Assembly (NCBI GenBank): GCA_937879955.1
Contig: CALFMK010000001.1
Span: 267,766 to 331,765, forward strand
Direction of reading: 5' to 3'
Length of the DNA stretch: 64,000 nt
Source: an uncultured bacterium
Lineage (GTDB): Bacteria; Patescibacteriota; Minisyncoccia; Phycocordibacterales; Phycocordibacteraceae
Shown in pieces: positions 47,285-57,408 of this stretch. The notes under the pieces were generated by a model. It was not told the origin of the DNA. It was given only the letters and a program-made list of their open reading frames with translations, and did not search any database. Position numbers and translations under genes: made by a program. Position 1 is the first letter of the stretch. Every line of letters begins with the position of its first letter.

Positions 47285-47857
47285 CTATGGCCGCTCCGCG
47301 ATGTACCGGAGTATCGGGTGCTCCAGAAGCTTCCGCCCGGACGTCACGCGGCGGAAGACATGCATGAATCCGACGAAGAGCGCGCACCCAATCGCTGTAC
47401 CTGTCGTGTTGAACAGCACGTCATTGATATCAGCGACGCGGAACGTGATGCCGGCCATGAGTCCGGTTGAAAGCTGCAGCGACTCGATGATCACGCTTAC
47501 GAGCGCACCTGCCAGGACCACTCTCGCAAGGCGGACCGTGACCACGAACGGCAGCCCGAACCCAAACGGCACGAAGAGCAGGATATTAAGGAGCGAGGTG
47601 TGCAGGTCGCCGGCCCCGAGCGTCGCGAGCGGGATCAGGTTCAGCGCTTCCCCTGCCGCATATCCCTGCAGCATGAGGCCAGGCATGACGTACTGGAGGA
47701 GAAGCAGGGTCTGGTACTGGAACAGCGTGTAATCGAGGACCTTGAAGAGATAGACGTAGAAGGCCGTGAAGAAGAGCACGTATACGAGGCTCGCGCGCTT
47801 CTTCCGCCGAAGGTACAGGACGATACCGAGCCAGATCAGGAAAAAGATGGCTGCCAT
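47285..47857 (-). CDS. VanZ family protein
   Basis: 190 aa, 4-5 TM helices with VanZ-like pattern. Confidence 0.7.
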   Translation of the reverse strand: MAAIFFLIWLGIVLYLRRKKRASLVYVLFFTAFYVYLFKVLDYTLFQYQTLLLLQYVMPGLMLQGYAAGEALNLIPLATLGAGDLHTSLLNILLFVPFGFGLPFVVTVRLARVVLAGALVSVIIESLQLSTGLMAGITFRVADINDVLFNTTGTAIGCALFVGFMHVFRRVTSGRKLLEHPILRYIAERP

Positions 47858-47889
47858 AGGCTCTATCGTTCAGCTAGGTAGAGAAATTC

Positions 47890-48405
47890 TTAGGGAAGCT
47901 CGATGAGCGCCTCGTACGCTTGCTGTGGAGGCACGTGCTCCGGAGACGCTTCCTCGAAGCGCTTGCGCTCGACGCGATACATGGCTCCTTCCGCCACGAT
48001 CCGGTACCGGTAGCCGAGCCCCGCGTAATAGCACTGGGCCGCGCTCGTACCCGCAAGGCTCCCCTCTTCCGGGTCAGGTAGCACGCTGCAGCCGCCAGGC
48101 ACGGTATCGACCCTCGTATCCCGCACCTGTCCGTCTGGATAGGTCGCGCGCAGCGAGACGCTGGTTTGCGGCTGGCCGTCCGGATTCAGGGTGCCGTCCT
48201 CTTCGAACGTCCACGCGAACGAGGCCGGGGCCTCGCGAGCCGTATCTGCAGGATTCTCCTCGTGATCCCTGCTAGGCGCGTACGTCGTGTACGCGAATAC
48301 GCAGAGGCCGATAAGGATAATCAGGCCGAATACGACGGCCCTGCCCATGAAGAATGCTCGTGCGTCCATGGAGCGATTATACCCAAGAGCCGCCTGTCGC
48401 GTCAT
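47890..48405 (-). CDS. secreted/membrane-anchored hypothetical protein
   Basis: 171-aa ORF with N-terminal TM. Confidence 0.45.
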   Translation of the reverse strand: MTRQAALGYNRSMDARAFFMGRAVVFGLIILIGLCVFAYTTYAPSRDHEENPADTAREAPASFAWTFEEDGTLNPDGQPQTSVSLRATYPDGQVRDTRVDTVPGGCSVLPDPEEGSLAGTSAAQCYYAGLGYRYRIVAEGAMYRVERKRFEEASPEHVPPQQAYEALIELP

Positions 48406-48428
48406 CCGGGAAGGACAGCTGGATCGGA

Positions 48429-49109
48429 CTATCCTTTCTTCGCGCCCCCTGCGATGACGCGTCCGTCGTCGATGCGCACGATCCTCTCTGCGGATTCCGC
48501 GAACCCTTCCTCATGCGTCACCATGATGATGGTCTGGCCAGCCGCATGCAGCTCGTTGAAGATCTCGAGGATGGTCTGGGACGATTCGTTGTCGAGGTTT
48601 GCCGTCGGCTCGTCCGCGAATATGATCGACGGGTTGTGCGACACCGCGCGCGCGATCGATACGCGCTGCTGCTCGCCTCCTGAGAGCTGCGAGGGAAGAT
48701 TGTCGAGCCGATGATCCAGGCGCACGCGCGCGAGCGCCTTCCGCGCGCGGTCGTACGCCTCGGCATGCCTCATGCCCTGCATGAGGAGCGGGAGCGCGAC
48801 GTTCTCGATCGCCGTGAGTTCGGGGAGGAGCGCATAGTCCTGGAAGACGAACCCGAACCGGTTCAGCCTGAAGACGGACTTCTCCTTCATGGTCATGTTC
48901 TTCACGTCGACGCCGTCGATCGTCACCTCTCCCCCGTCGGGCTCGTCGAGCAGGGACAGCTGGTACAGCAGCGTGCTCTTCCCGGCTCCCGAGCGGCCCA
49001 TGATGGCCACGAACTCCCCGGTCTCGGCCCGGAAGTCCACGCCCTTGAGCACCGGGGTCTTCACCTCTCCGGTCACGAACGTCCGCGTCAGGTTCTTGGT
49101 TTCAATCAT
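48429..49109 (-). CDS. ABC transporter ATP-binding protein (MacB/LolD-type)
   Basis: Walker A GRSGAGKST, signature LSGGEQQRV, Walker B IIFADEPT. Confidence 0.9.
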   Translation of the reverse strand: MIETKNLTRTFVTGEVKTPVLKGVDFRAETGEFVAIMGRSGAGKSTLLYQLSLLDEPDGGEVTIDGVDVKNMTMKEKSVFRLNRFGFVFQDYALLPELTAIENVALPLLMQGMRHAEAYDRARKALARVRLDHRLDNLPSQLSGGEQQRVSIARAVSHNPSIIFADEPTANLDNESSQTILEIFNELHAAGQTIIMVTHEEGFAESAERIVRIDDGRVIAGGAKKG

Positions 49110-49111
49110 GG

Positions 49112-50377
49112 TCAGTCTCGTCCGAGTATGGAGCTAAGGGTATTCTTGCGCACGATCATCCGGGACGGCACGTACCCGGCGAAGAGCGTCACGAGCACCA
49201 GGAGGCCGATGCGCGCGACGGTCTCTCCGAGCGGCGCCACGAGGATGCCGTCGGAGAACGGGAAATCGATCGGGTGCGCCGCGATCACGGGCGAGAGAAC
49301 GCCGTACAGGAGCAGGAAGCCGATGAGGGATCCTACGACCGCGTAGAAGATCGACTGGAAGACGTAGGAGAACTGTATCGCCTCTCCGGTGACGCCGATC
49401 CCCTTCAGGATCCCGATGAACTTCCGGCGGGTGACCGCGTTTATGAATATCACGATGAAGATGGTTATGGCCGCCACCGCGAGCCCGATGGAGCTGAACG
49501 CGGTGCCGAGCATCCCGAAGGTTGCGATCATGTCCTTCAGGAATTTCGGCTGGGCATCCTCGAACGTCTGGACGCGGGCCACGTCCCCGACCCCGTAGAG
49601 GAGGAGGCGGTCGCGCACGGCGGCCGGATCCGCCGAGTCCTTGACCGCGATGGCGATCTCCGCGACGTTCCCGTCGGTACGCCCGACGAGGCTGCGCATC
49701 TGCGAATCAGGCATGAAGGCCGAGAGGGAGACCTCGTCGACCTTCGTCTTGAGAATCCCCTTCACCACCACCTCCTTCGTGACATCGCCGACCTTGATCC
49801 GGATCTTCGAACCGACCCCGACGTCCTCGAGCGAGGTGAAGGCGGGAGACTCTATCGGTATGTACTGCTTGAGCAGGTAGTGGCCGAGCACCACCTGGTC
49901 ATAGTCTCCCGGCTCGATGAACGAGCCTTCGATCACGCTGTCGCGTATGCCGGTCACCGCATCCTCGTCGTGCGGGTCGACTCCTATGAGCTGCGCGGAC
50001 GCGGTGTTCGGCTTCTCGTCGTCGCGTCGCGTCTTGTAATTCGCCTCGAGGAGCGCGCCCGCGCGATAGCGAGGCGTGTAGGCTTCGATCTCGGGGATCT
50101 GGTCGAGGATGGCGAGCACGTTGCCCGTGTTCTCGATGTACTCCTTGTCCGAGAGCGCCGAGACCATCACGTCGGACGTGTACTTCTCGCGCGTCGCGTC
50201 CACCGCGCCCTGTATGAGGCCGACCAGGATCCCTGAGACGACGACCAGGTTTAGGAACGTCAGCACCATGACGAACACGATGAGGCCCGTCGTCCATATG
50301 CTCGCGCGCCGGAGCTGCCGGGTCGCGAGGAAGAACCCGATGCGCGCGTTGAGGCCGATCTGCCGGAGTGGTCCCAT
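49112..50377 (-). CDS. ABC transporter permease, FtsX/MacB-like
   Basis: N-terminal TM, large periplasmic domain, 3 C-terminal TM helices. Confidence 0.85.
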   Translation of the reverse strand: MGPLRQIGLNARIGFFLATRQLRRASIWTTGLIVFVMVLTFLNLVVVSGILVGLIQGAVDATREKYTSDVMVSALSDKEYIENTGNVLAILDQIPEIEAYTPRYRAGALLEANYKTRRDDEKPNTASAQLIGVDPHDEDAVTGIRDSVIEGSFIEPGDYDQVVLGHYLLKQYIPIESPAFTSLEDVGVGSKIRIKVGDVTKEVVVKGILKTKVDEVSLSAFMPDSQMRSLVGRTDGNVAEIAIAVKDSADPAAVRDRLLLYGVGDVARVQTFEDAQPKFLKDMIATFGMLGTAFSSIGLAVAAITIFIVIFINAVTRRKFIGILKGIGVTGEAIQFSYVFQSIFYAVVGSLIGFLLLYGVLSPVIAAHPIDFPFSDGILVAPLGETVARIGLLVLVTLFAGYVPSRMIVRKNTLSSILGRD

Positions 50378-50383
50378 GGGCTA

Positions 50384-51835
50384 TCAGTCGCGCAGTATCA
50401 CCACGTCCCCCTCCGCAAGGCCAGAGACGATCTCTATCTCGCCGAGCGAGGAGACGGCGCCTGTCACCACCGGGCGGCTCTCTGTCGCGTCGCCCGCCTT
50501 GACCTTCACCGATGCGGCGCCGCGCGTACGATGCACCGCGCCCTGCGGGATGCTGATAACCCCGTCTCGCTCGTCGGTCGTTATCACGATGTTCGCGGTC
50601 ATGCCGGAACGCAGGCGTTCATCCTCTTCGTCGAACTGGAGCCGGACGCGATACGTCGAGACGCCATCCCGCACGGTCTCAGATGGGTCGATAGCGATCA
50701 CGCGCGCGGCAAACGGCACGGACTCCCCGTACGCGTCGAGCGTCACGACCGCGGGATCCCCCACCTCGAGGTACGAGATGTTTATCTCGGGCACGAAGCT
50801 CTCTATCTCGAGCCCGCTCGCGCCCATGAGGCCGACGGCCGGAGTACTGAGCGATGCCGTATCCCCGACCGAACGGTCGACGAGCGTGACGATGCCGTCG
50901 AACGGCGCACGCAGGGTCCGCTTGTTGAGCGCTGCCGTGAGTCGCCTCACCTCGGCCTCCGCCGATGCGAGCGCCGCATCGGCGATCGTCGGCCCCTGCG
51001 AGCGGCTCTTGATCTCCGCCTGCGCCTCTTCGATGACGCGCGTCCGTTCGCGGAGCGCTTCCTGATAGGCATTGTAGCTCGCGAGATACGACGCGCTCTT
51101 CGGATTAGGGATCTCGACCCTCCAGCTCGTGTCCCGGTAGTCGGTGAGCGGGCTCGTGAAGGTGACGTAGAGGCCCTTCGTGCCGAGCGGCGTCGGCCCG
51201 GTCTTCGAGATGCGCACCGCGCCGGTCCTCTCGAGCCCGAAGACGTAGAGGTCGTACGTTCCCGGATTAGGCGCGCGCGCCACGCTGAGGCGATAGGTCC
51301 CTTCCGCGCCGCCTTCGTAGATGCCCGTGATGACGGGAGGGTCGGCCGCATAGGTGCTCGACTCGGCGACCGCCGCCAGGTCGGTGGAGAGGAGCGTGCG
51401 GTACGCACTCTCGACCTTCGTGTCCTGCTCGCTCGTTATCTCCTCGAGGCTCGCGCCCTGGCTCGCCCGCTCGGCGCGGCGACGCGTCACGTCAGCCTGC
51501 GCCGAGGCGAGCTGGGCCCTGAGCTCGTCCGAGGCGAGCTCGATGAGCGGATCGCCTTTCGACACGGCGTCCCCCACCGCCACGTGCACGCGCGAGACGC
51601 GTCCGGTATCCTCGAACGTCATCTCGACCTCGTCGAGCGCCTTCACCTTCCCGGAGACCGATACCTCCTGCACGAACGGCTTTCGCGTTACCGTGAGGAC
51701 CTCCTGCGTAGCGGGCCTGTTCCAGAACGCGGCGGCGAGCGCGCCGCCGGACAGCAGCACGAGCACGGCGAGAGCGGCCTTCCAGTGCGCACGGAACGCG
51801 CGCTTCACGGCATCGAAGAGGGTGTCAGGGGTCAT
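50384..51835 (-). CDS. HlyD-family periplasmic adaptor (MacA-like)
   Basis: N-terminal TM, coiled coils, beta-barrel domain; first gene of the hlyD-ftsX-ABC operon. Confidence 0.8.
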   Translation of the reverse strand: MTPDTLFDAVKRAFRAHWKAALAVLVLLSGGALAAAFWNRPATQEVLTVTRKPFVQEVSVSGKVKALDEVEMTFEDTGRVSRVHVAVGDAVSKGDPLIELASDELRAQLASAQADVTRRRAERASQGASLEEITSEQDTKVESAYRTLLSTDLAAVAESSTYAADPPVITGIYEGGAEGTYRLSVARAPNPGTYDLYVFGLERTGAVRISKTGPTPLGTKGLYVTFTSPLTDYRDTSWRVEIPNPKSASYLASYNAYQEALRERTRVIEEAQAEIKSRSQGPTIADAALASAEAEVRRLTAALNKRTLRAPFDGIVTLVDRSVGDTASLSTPAVGLMGASGLEIESFVPEINISYLEVGDPAVVTLDAYGESVPFAARVIAIDPSETVRDGVSTYRVRLQFDEEDERLRSGMTANIVITTDERDGVISIPQGAVHRTRGAASVKVKAGDATESRPVVTGAVSSLGEIEIVSGLAEGDVVILRD

Positions 51836-51909
51836 AGCGTGACCTCAGTCTAGCATCCGAGATGCGTGCAGACCCCCGCAGAGACTGCGCTCATTGCGGA
51901 AACGGGCGG

Positions 51910-52317
51910 CTACCCGAGCAACAGTCCGCACACGACCGCACCGACCCAGCCGATAACCGAGACCGAGCCGCTCACGAGGAGAAGATTCCTCTTGGCCTTG
52001 GGCACGTCCTTGAACTCCGTCGTTGCCGCAACGTTCACGAGCGACCCTATGAGGAGGCCGTTCACGGTAAGGGCCGCGACGAAGGCCATCTTCATGAGGA
52101 ACGTCGGATCACCGAGGAATCCCGGCTCGTCGATGAGCATCAGTCCTCCGGTCAGGATGATGCCGGCGAGCCCGAGGCTCACGATCACATGGAGCAGGTC
52201 GAGCTTCTTCTTGCTGAGCGTCTTCTGCCTGCCGCGGAACCACTCGAAGCCCTGCTCGTCCGAATAGACGACAGCGAGCCCGGTGACGATGATGAGGATG
52301 ACGTGGAACGTGACCAT
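51910..52317 (-). CDS. integral membrane protein (hypothetical)
   Basis: 135 aa, 4 TM helices. Confidence 0.5.
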   Translation of the reverse strand: MVTFHVILIIVTGLAVVYSDEQGFEWFRGRQKTLSKKKLDLLHVIVSLGLAGIILTGGLMLIDEPGFLGDPTFLMKMAFVAALTVNGLLIGSLVNVAATTEFKDVPKAKRNLLLVSGSVSVIGWVGAVVCGLLLG

Positions 52318-52319
52318 GG

Positions 52320-52784
52320 CTAGGAGGCGAGGGTTCCGATAAGGAAGGAGGCGAGCTCGCGCTCGGGCCGCGCCTGCCCTCCATGCTGATCATCGAACGC
52401 AGCCGTGCCATCGACTCCGCAGAGACGGAGGATCGCGCTCTTCCCTCCCGGATGCTTCGAGATCCAGGACGTGAGGTCGTACACCTTGCCGCCGATAGCG
52501 GTCCAGCAGCTCGACGCACCCGCATGGGCGGCGACCTGCGCCATGGTGTAGCCCGACGAGGCGGGCGGCGGCGTGCTTGCGGGCGGCTTCGCGGGAGCGC
52601 TGTCCGCAGGAGACGTCTTCGGACTGTCCGGGGTAGCATCTGCGCTCGACGTGGCCGCGCTTTCAGCAGCCTCAGAAATCTCCGGCGACGGCAGAGACTT
52701 AGGCTCAGGGCCCTTGGCAAGATAGACGCCGCCGAGTATTCCGGCGACGATAACGAGTGCTATGGGAAATATATGCTTCATCAT
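52320..52784 (-). CDS. cytochrome b5-like heme-binding domain protein, membrane anchored
   Basis: N-terminal TM, Pro/Ala/Ser-rich linker, C-terminal YTMAQVAAH..CWTAIGGKVYDLT.WISKHPGG. Confidence 0.65.
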   Translation of the reverse strand: MMKHIFPIALVIVAGILGGVYLAKGPEPKSLPSPEISEAAESAATSSADATPDSPKTSPADSAPAKPPASTPPPASSGYTMAQVAAHAGASSCWTAIGGKVYDLTSWISKHPGGKSAILRLCGVDGTAAFDDQHGGQARPERELASFLIGTLAS

Positions 52785-52850
52785 AGGGGCTATAGGTTGG
52801 GTGGTATGCGAGGTCTTCCTCCATACTATGCCGTTCGCCCCGTCTTACTT

Positions 52851-53339
52851 TCAGAAAGGATCGTCAGGGCCGTCCCTCGTCTCACGCACCGCCTGGTAGA
52901 GCGTCGTATCGTGGGCGAGGTAGTAGTGGATCGCGTGACCCACATCGAATGCCGCGAACACGGCGCCGAGAACGAGGGTGGCGCCTGCCAGGGCGAGTAC
53001 GGCTACGAACGTCCTGTACGCGTATATCGCATGCGCCCTCTTCAAGGTGAGATACGCGCTCAGTACGGACAGGATGAACAGGAGAAGCCATGCGACAGGC
53101 GCCCCCTCGAGTATCCCGCGTATGGGCGATGCGATAAGGGCTTCTGAACTTGAACCCTCCGTATCGAAGAAGACGTAGGCGGCGACAGAGAGGGCGACGG
53201 CGCCGACGCATACCGAGAGCGTGGCGAGGGTCCAGAAGACCCCTCGTCGCACAAGGAAATACCAGAACGGGCGGGGTGTTATTCCCCGATCCCGGATCTC
53301 GCGCATCACGTCCTTAGAAAAGTCATCCATCGTTTCCAT
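52851..53339 (-). CDS. putative anti-sigma factor (membrane protein cotranscribed with ECF sigma)
   Basis: starts 1 nt after the sigma-factor stop codon; cytoplasmic N-terminus followed by 4 TM helices. Confidence 0.45.
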   Translation of the reverse strand: METMDDFSKDVMREIRDRGITPRPFWYFLVRRGVFWTLATLSVCVGAVALSVAAYVFFDTEGSSSEALIASPIRGILEGAPVAWLLLFILSVLSAYLTLKRAHAIYAYRTFVAVLALAGATLVLGAVFAAFDVGHAIHYYLAHDTTLYQAVRETRDGPDDPF

Positions 53340-53340
53340 A

Positions 53341-53907
53341 CTATACGCCTGCTATGTTCATTCCTCTCAGGATCTTCTCGAGAGCGGCCTTGCCTCGCGC
53401 TATGTGCGTCGCGACCGTCCCCGGAGCCATCTCCAGGATATCCGATATCTCCTGATAGCTCTTCCCCTCGAAGAATCGAAGCACGAGCGTCTCTCGGTAC
53501 TCGGGCTTGAGACGCTGCAGCGCCGTGGCGACATGCACGCTCCGGAGCCTCGCATCGCTCTCTGCCGTGATATCGAACGCGTCCGGGATGGACGCGAACA
53601 ACGTAAGGGCATCCTCGCTCGCAAAGGCGTGCGCGCGATTCCGCATGTATCGGATATGCATCATCGCCTCGTTGTGCGCGATCCTGTAGATCCAGGAACT
53701 GAACGGCAGCGAGGGATTGTAATCGTTGAGATTCAGGTAGACCTTGATGAACGATTCCTGGAGGATGTCCTTCGTCGTGTCGGCGTCGAACGCTCCGAAC
53801 CGCTGGATATATCTCGATACCGGCTTTCGATAACGATCGATGATGGCCGAGAACGCTTCGGGATCTTGTATGGCCGCACGCACTGCTTCCTGATCCGAGA
53901 TCTCCAT
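53341..53907 (-). CDS. RNA polymerase sigma-70 factor, ECF subfamily
   Basis: regions 2 and 4 (..SWIYRIAHNEAM.., ..YRETLVLRFFEGKSYQEISDILEMAPGTVATHIARGK..). Confidence 0.85.
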   Translation of the reverse strand: MEISDQEAVRAAIQDPEAFSAIIDRYRKPVSRYIQRFGAFDADTTKDILQESFIKVYLNLNDYNPSLPFSSWIYRIAHNEAMMHIRYMRNRAHAFASEDALTLFASIPDAFDITAESDARLRSVHVATALQRLKPEYRETLVLRFFEGKSYQEISDILEMAPGTVATHIARGKAALEKILRGMNIAGV

Positions 53908-54031
53908 TTCCCTATTCTACATTTTTTCTCGCACACAGGGCCGGCGGCCACGAATGCGGCCAAGGATGGACAGGTTCAGAGCAATTGACTGGAAAGGGCT
54001 TGCGCAAGAAACGTATCGGCTGATTCGTGAT

Positions 54032-55930
54032 TTACCACCACACAGAGAGCCCTGCAGCCTTCATCTTGGCACGTGTAATCGGTCCGAAGTATCCGATTGA
54101 AGGATTCACGCCATGGGCTGCCTGGTATTTCGCAAGCGCATTCTTCGTCAGCGTACCGAAGAAGTTCGTTTCGTTGCCTGCACTGCCGACGCCAGTTTCC
54201 GAGAGCTTGAAGCCATTTGCATTAAGCAACTTCTGGAGATTGCGCACGTCCTCCCCGGCCATACCCAACTCAAGATCACGGACGCCTTCCGCCCCGTTCG
54301 CTCCGGTGACCGTTGAACCAGTCGTACCGAACAGGTTTGGCCACTGGGTTTTGAGTACGTCCGCCGCTGCCGCATTGCCCATATCCATAAGACTCTTCAC
54401 CTGTGCCTGTACCGAACCTCCGGAGCGGGAACGCGGCCGTGATTCAGGCTCTGGATCTGATGTGGGGTCTTCCTCTTCTTCAGGCGTACACGCACTCGTA
54501 TCGAAGGTCTGGTCTGACCCCGTAGTCGTACCCACGCTATTTACTGCATACGCGGCATAATGATAGGTCGTCTCGCAGTAAAGCTCCGTGACCACGGCCG
54601 TATATGCGCCCGTACCGAAGCTTCCCGATTCCGTTGTCGTGGCACCGTATGCCGTACTATCGCCGTATACGAACCCTCGCACCGTCGGAGTCTGGGTGCC
54701 GAGATCCGTTATGGTTCCATTCAGCGTTACGCTCGATTCCCCTGCTGAGGATGCTGCCTGCGTAGTGACCATAGGGGCGGACGGCACGATCGAATACGAC
54801 ACGACCGCAAGCTTATTGGCCTGCGACTGATCCCGGAATGCCGCATAGGGAGTCCCTGCAGAATCAAAGGCAAGCGTAGTGTACCGAGCGACATCGGTAG
54901 AGAATCCCGCTGTGCCCACACTGATCCAGCTGCTGCCGTCGTATTTCCGTACGCTCGTCTTAGAGCTGTTGCCACCGTCCTGGAAAATAGCATACGGCGT
55001 GGTGCTGCCGTTCGGGAACGTGATATTGGTAAAAGCTGCAGCACCGCTCGTAAATCCAGCTGATCCGACAGTATCCCAGCTCGATCCATTGAACTTGAGG
55101 GCCGTTGCCTTATCGCTATTCCCGCCATCCTGGAAAATGAGATACGGTGTAGTACTGCCCGTCGGGAACGCTATGTGCGTACCATATGCCGTACCTACAG
55201 ATAAATCGGTGGCCCCAGCCCCCACCCAGCTCCCACCAGAGAATCCCATGACCGTAGCCTTGCCGCCGCTTGCGGCATTGCTGAATGCTACGTACATCGT
55301 ATCGTTGTCTGATATTGCGAGAGAGAGGTAGTCTGCAGAATCCGGAGAGAACCCTTCAACGCCGAGCGCCCCCCAAGAGGTTCCGTCATATCTCATTACT
55401 GTTGCCTTATTGCCGTTCGCTTCATCTTCATACGCGACAACAGGCCTCCCGAGCGAATCGAAGGCCAGGGATATGAAACCAGCGCCCCCCGCCGAGAATC
55501 CCACAGCGCCCACCGCGACCCAACTACTACCGTTGTACTTCATAACGGTGGCCTTGCTGCCGTTAGCTTCATCTCGATATGCTACGTACGGTGTGGTGCT
55601 GCCTGCAGGAAACGCAAGGGACGTGTATATTACGCCGCCAGCAGAGAACCCAGTACTTCCGACTGCGACCCAATTGCTACCGTTGTACTTCAGTACAGTT
55701 GCCTTCCCGCTATTAGCCACATCTACGAAAGCCACGTACGGCGTGGTGCTGCCTGTAGGGATTGCGATGGAGGTATATACGGCTGCATCTGAAGTGATGC
55801 CTGCCGCGCCGACATTCTGCCAGGCATACGAGACCGCGAGCGCAGACGATGGGAATAAAAATGATATGGCAACTATCGCTGCAACTGGCAATGATGTCAG
55901 TGGTCTTAGGGAGAGTCCTTGTTTCTTCAT
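54032..55930 (-). CDS. secreted repeat protein (7 x ~50-aa beta-propeller-like repeats) with C-terminal peptidoglycan-binding domain
   Basis: start at MKKQGLSLRPLTSLPVAAIVAISFLFPSSALA (signal peptide); repeats GFS.G.A.YTSLAFP.GSTTPYVA..D.ANGSKATV.KYNGSSWV.VG; PG_binding_1-like C-terminus (DVRNLQKLLNANGF..AKYQAAHG). Confidence 0.7.
   Translation of the reverse strand: MKKQGLSLRPLTSLPVAAIVAISFLFPSSALAVSYAWQNVGAAGITSDAAVYTSIAIPTGSTTPYVAFVDVANSGKATVLKYNGSNWVAVGSTGFSAGGVIYTSLAFPAGSTTPYVAYRDEANGSKATVMKYNGSSWVAVGAVGFSAGGAGFISLAFDSLGRPVVAYEDEANGNKATVMRYDGTSWGALGVEGFSPDSADYLSLAISDNDTMYVAFSNAASGGKATVMGFSGGSWVGAGATDLSVGTAYGTHIAFPTGSTTPYLIFQDGGNSDKATALKFNGSSWDTVGSAGFTSGAAAFTNITFPNGSTTPYAIFQDGGNSSKTSVRKYDGSSWISVGTAGFSTDVARYTTLAFDSAGTPYAAFRDQSQANKLAVVSYSIVPSAPMVTTQAASSAGESSVTLNGTITDLGTQTPTVRGFVYGDSTAYGATTTESGSFGTGAYTAVVTELYCETTYHYAAYAVNSVGTTTGSDQTFDTSACTPEEEEDPTSDPEPESRPRSRSGGSVQAQVKSLMDMGNAAAADVLKTQWPNLFGTTGSTVTGANGAEGVRDLELGMAGEDVRNLQKLLNANGFKLSETGVGSAGNETNFFGTLTKNALAKYQAAHGVNPSIGYFGPITRAKMKAAGLSVWW
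54740..55775. repeat. intragenic tandem repeats (~150-bp unit x ~7, diverged)
   Basis: seen at protein and DNA level inside 54032..55930. Confidence 0.5.
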
Positions 55931-56247
55931 GAAGTAACTGTAGCCCAGCTCTTTTACTTTTCTTGAAGGGGGGGGTGTTAATAGCGAATAGCTCACGAGC
56001 CTTGAAAGGTTTATGTCTTTACCATGCGGAACTTTACAGTCGCCGACAGATCAGTGACACAAGTACGCTTTAAGACTCCGTATCAGATACCTGCCCAGAC
56101 GCCTGAAAACGCCGAGCTCTCAACAATGCTGGCCGTCTCGTGTTAGAACCCTGGTCGGTCAAGCCCTGCTTAGTCCGTTTAGCTCCCTTCTAGGTTATCG
56201 AAACGACGCGTCTCGTGCGCTTCAAAAAGTGACAAAAGTGACAGTCC

Positions 56248-56835
56248 CTAGGCTTCATCAATATACTTCTCCAGCATTCTCTTTTTGGCCGCCTCAAGAG
56301 CTTCTGGAGTTGTAAGGATCTCAGGATAACGATAAATCATTCCTCCCTTTGAACGATCGAAAGCTCTTAGGTACTGATCTAGGTAAATCTGAGGGTTTAT
56401 ATAAATTACACCTCCCTCCTTCTTCCAGCCTTCGGACATATCGAAGTTATAGCCGATTTCGTGTCCTGCAACATTGAGCCAGCGATGAGCGATTACATTT
56501 CGCCATTCGTGTATTTCTGAAGCTATTGTTGAGAACTTCTTATCATCAGGATCACCGTCCATATCCATGTAGATCTGAACAAACTTCCTGTATCCCTTTT
56601 GACCGTCTTTTCCAAAAAAGCCATGAGAAATAGTAAGGGCAACTGAATGCACTCCTAGAAACATCAGTGACGTCTGACGATTATTTGGATTATCGAAAGT
56701 CGCTGCGATTTCATTATTAAAGAAATTTTGTATGGAGCCTAGTAGAGACTCAATTATTTCGACAGGTTCACTTTTCTGGAATCGATCCGTTCTATGCTCC
56801 CTGGTCTCATTCATATGCGCGTTGTTTTGAGACAT
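56248..56835 (-). CDS. HEPN-like domain protein (Abi_2/AbiD-like RNxxAH motif), putative RNase effector
   Basis: motif SEIHEWRNVIAHRW (R-x4-H with N after R); last gene of a five-gene operon; ~40% GC. Confidence 0.4.
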   Translation of the reverse strand: MSQNNAHMNETREHRTDRFQKSEPVEIIESLLGSIQNFFNNEIAATFDNPNNRQTSLMFLGVHSVALTISHGFFGKDGQKGYRKFVQIYMDMDGDPDDKKFSTIASEIHEWRNVIAHRWLNVAGHEIGYNFDMSEGWKKEGGVIYINPQIYLDQYLRAFDRSKGGMIYRYPEILTTPEALEAAKKRMLEKYIDEA

Positions 56836-56840
56836 ATGTT

Positions 56841-57404
56841 TTATTGATAAACGCAAAGTCCATTGATTATCGGATTAATGACACTGTATATCTGCCAGAT
56901 AAATAGTGAGATCAGCGCTCCGTAAGTGAGGAGGACGAGCCATGAATGCTTGTTGCCGTTCATTTCCTTAAACAACGGGATCATCCCTTTCTGTCGCCAC
57001 TCCTCTTTTGCTTGCTTGTCTCCAAACAGTTCCTTGTACAGAGATCGCACAAACTGCACCCCGATGTAAATGAAACCGAAGCCAACGAGCGTCATTAGTG
57101 AGTCGTTAGCTACCCTATCCACTTCTGGAAGTCCGCAATATGATTGCCCGATAAACAGAATGAAGCTCAACCCAACGCTCGCTACCAATAGCGAACGAAA
57201 GACGCTGTATCCGGCGACAAACCAAAGCGCCGAAAAGAAAATACCAAATACGACTACGAACATCACTGGCGTGACTGCCGAAAGGAACTGTGTGTTGATC
57301 AGGAAGAACGTCGCCAGGGCAACTGCCATTAGAAAAATTAGGAAGGTCTTTTGGTTCTTTCCTTCTATCCCCAGTTTTTGTAAGAACCTCTTGAACCACC
57401 CCAT
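56841..57404 (-). CDS. 4-TM membrane protein (hypothetical), operon with TIR/SLATT-like genes
   Basis: 187 aa; 4-nt gap to upstream gene. Confidence 0.5.
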   Translation of the reverse strand: MGWFKRFLQKLGIEGKNQKTFLIFLMAVALATFFLINTQFLSAVTPVMFVVVFGIFFSALWFVAGYSVFRSLLVASVGLSFILFIGQSYCGLPEVDRVANDSLMTLVGFGFIYIGVQFVRSLYKELFGDKQAKEEWRQKGMIPLFKEMNGNKHSWLVLLTYGALISLFIWQIYSVINPIINGLCVYQ

Positions 57405-57408
57405 GGAT

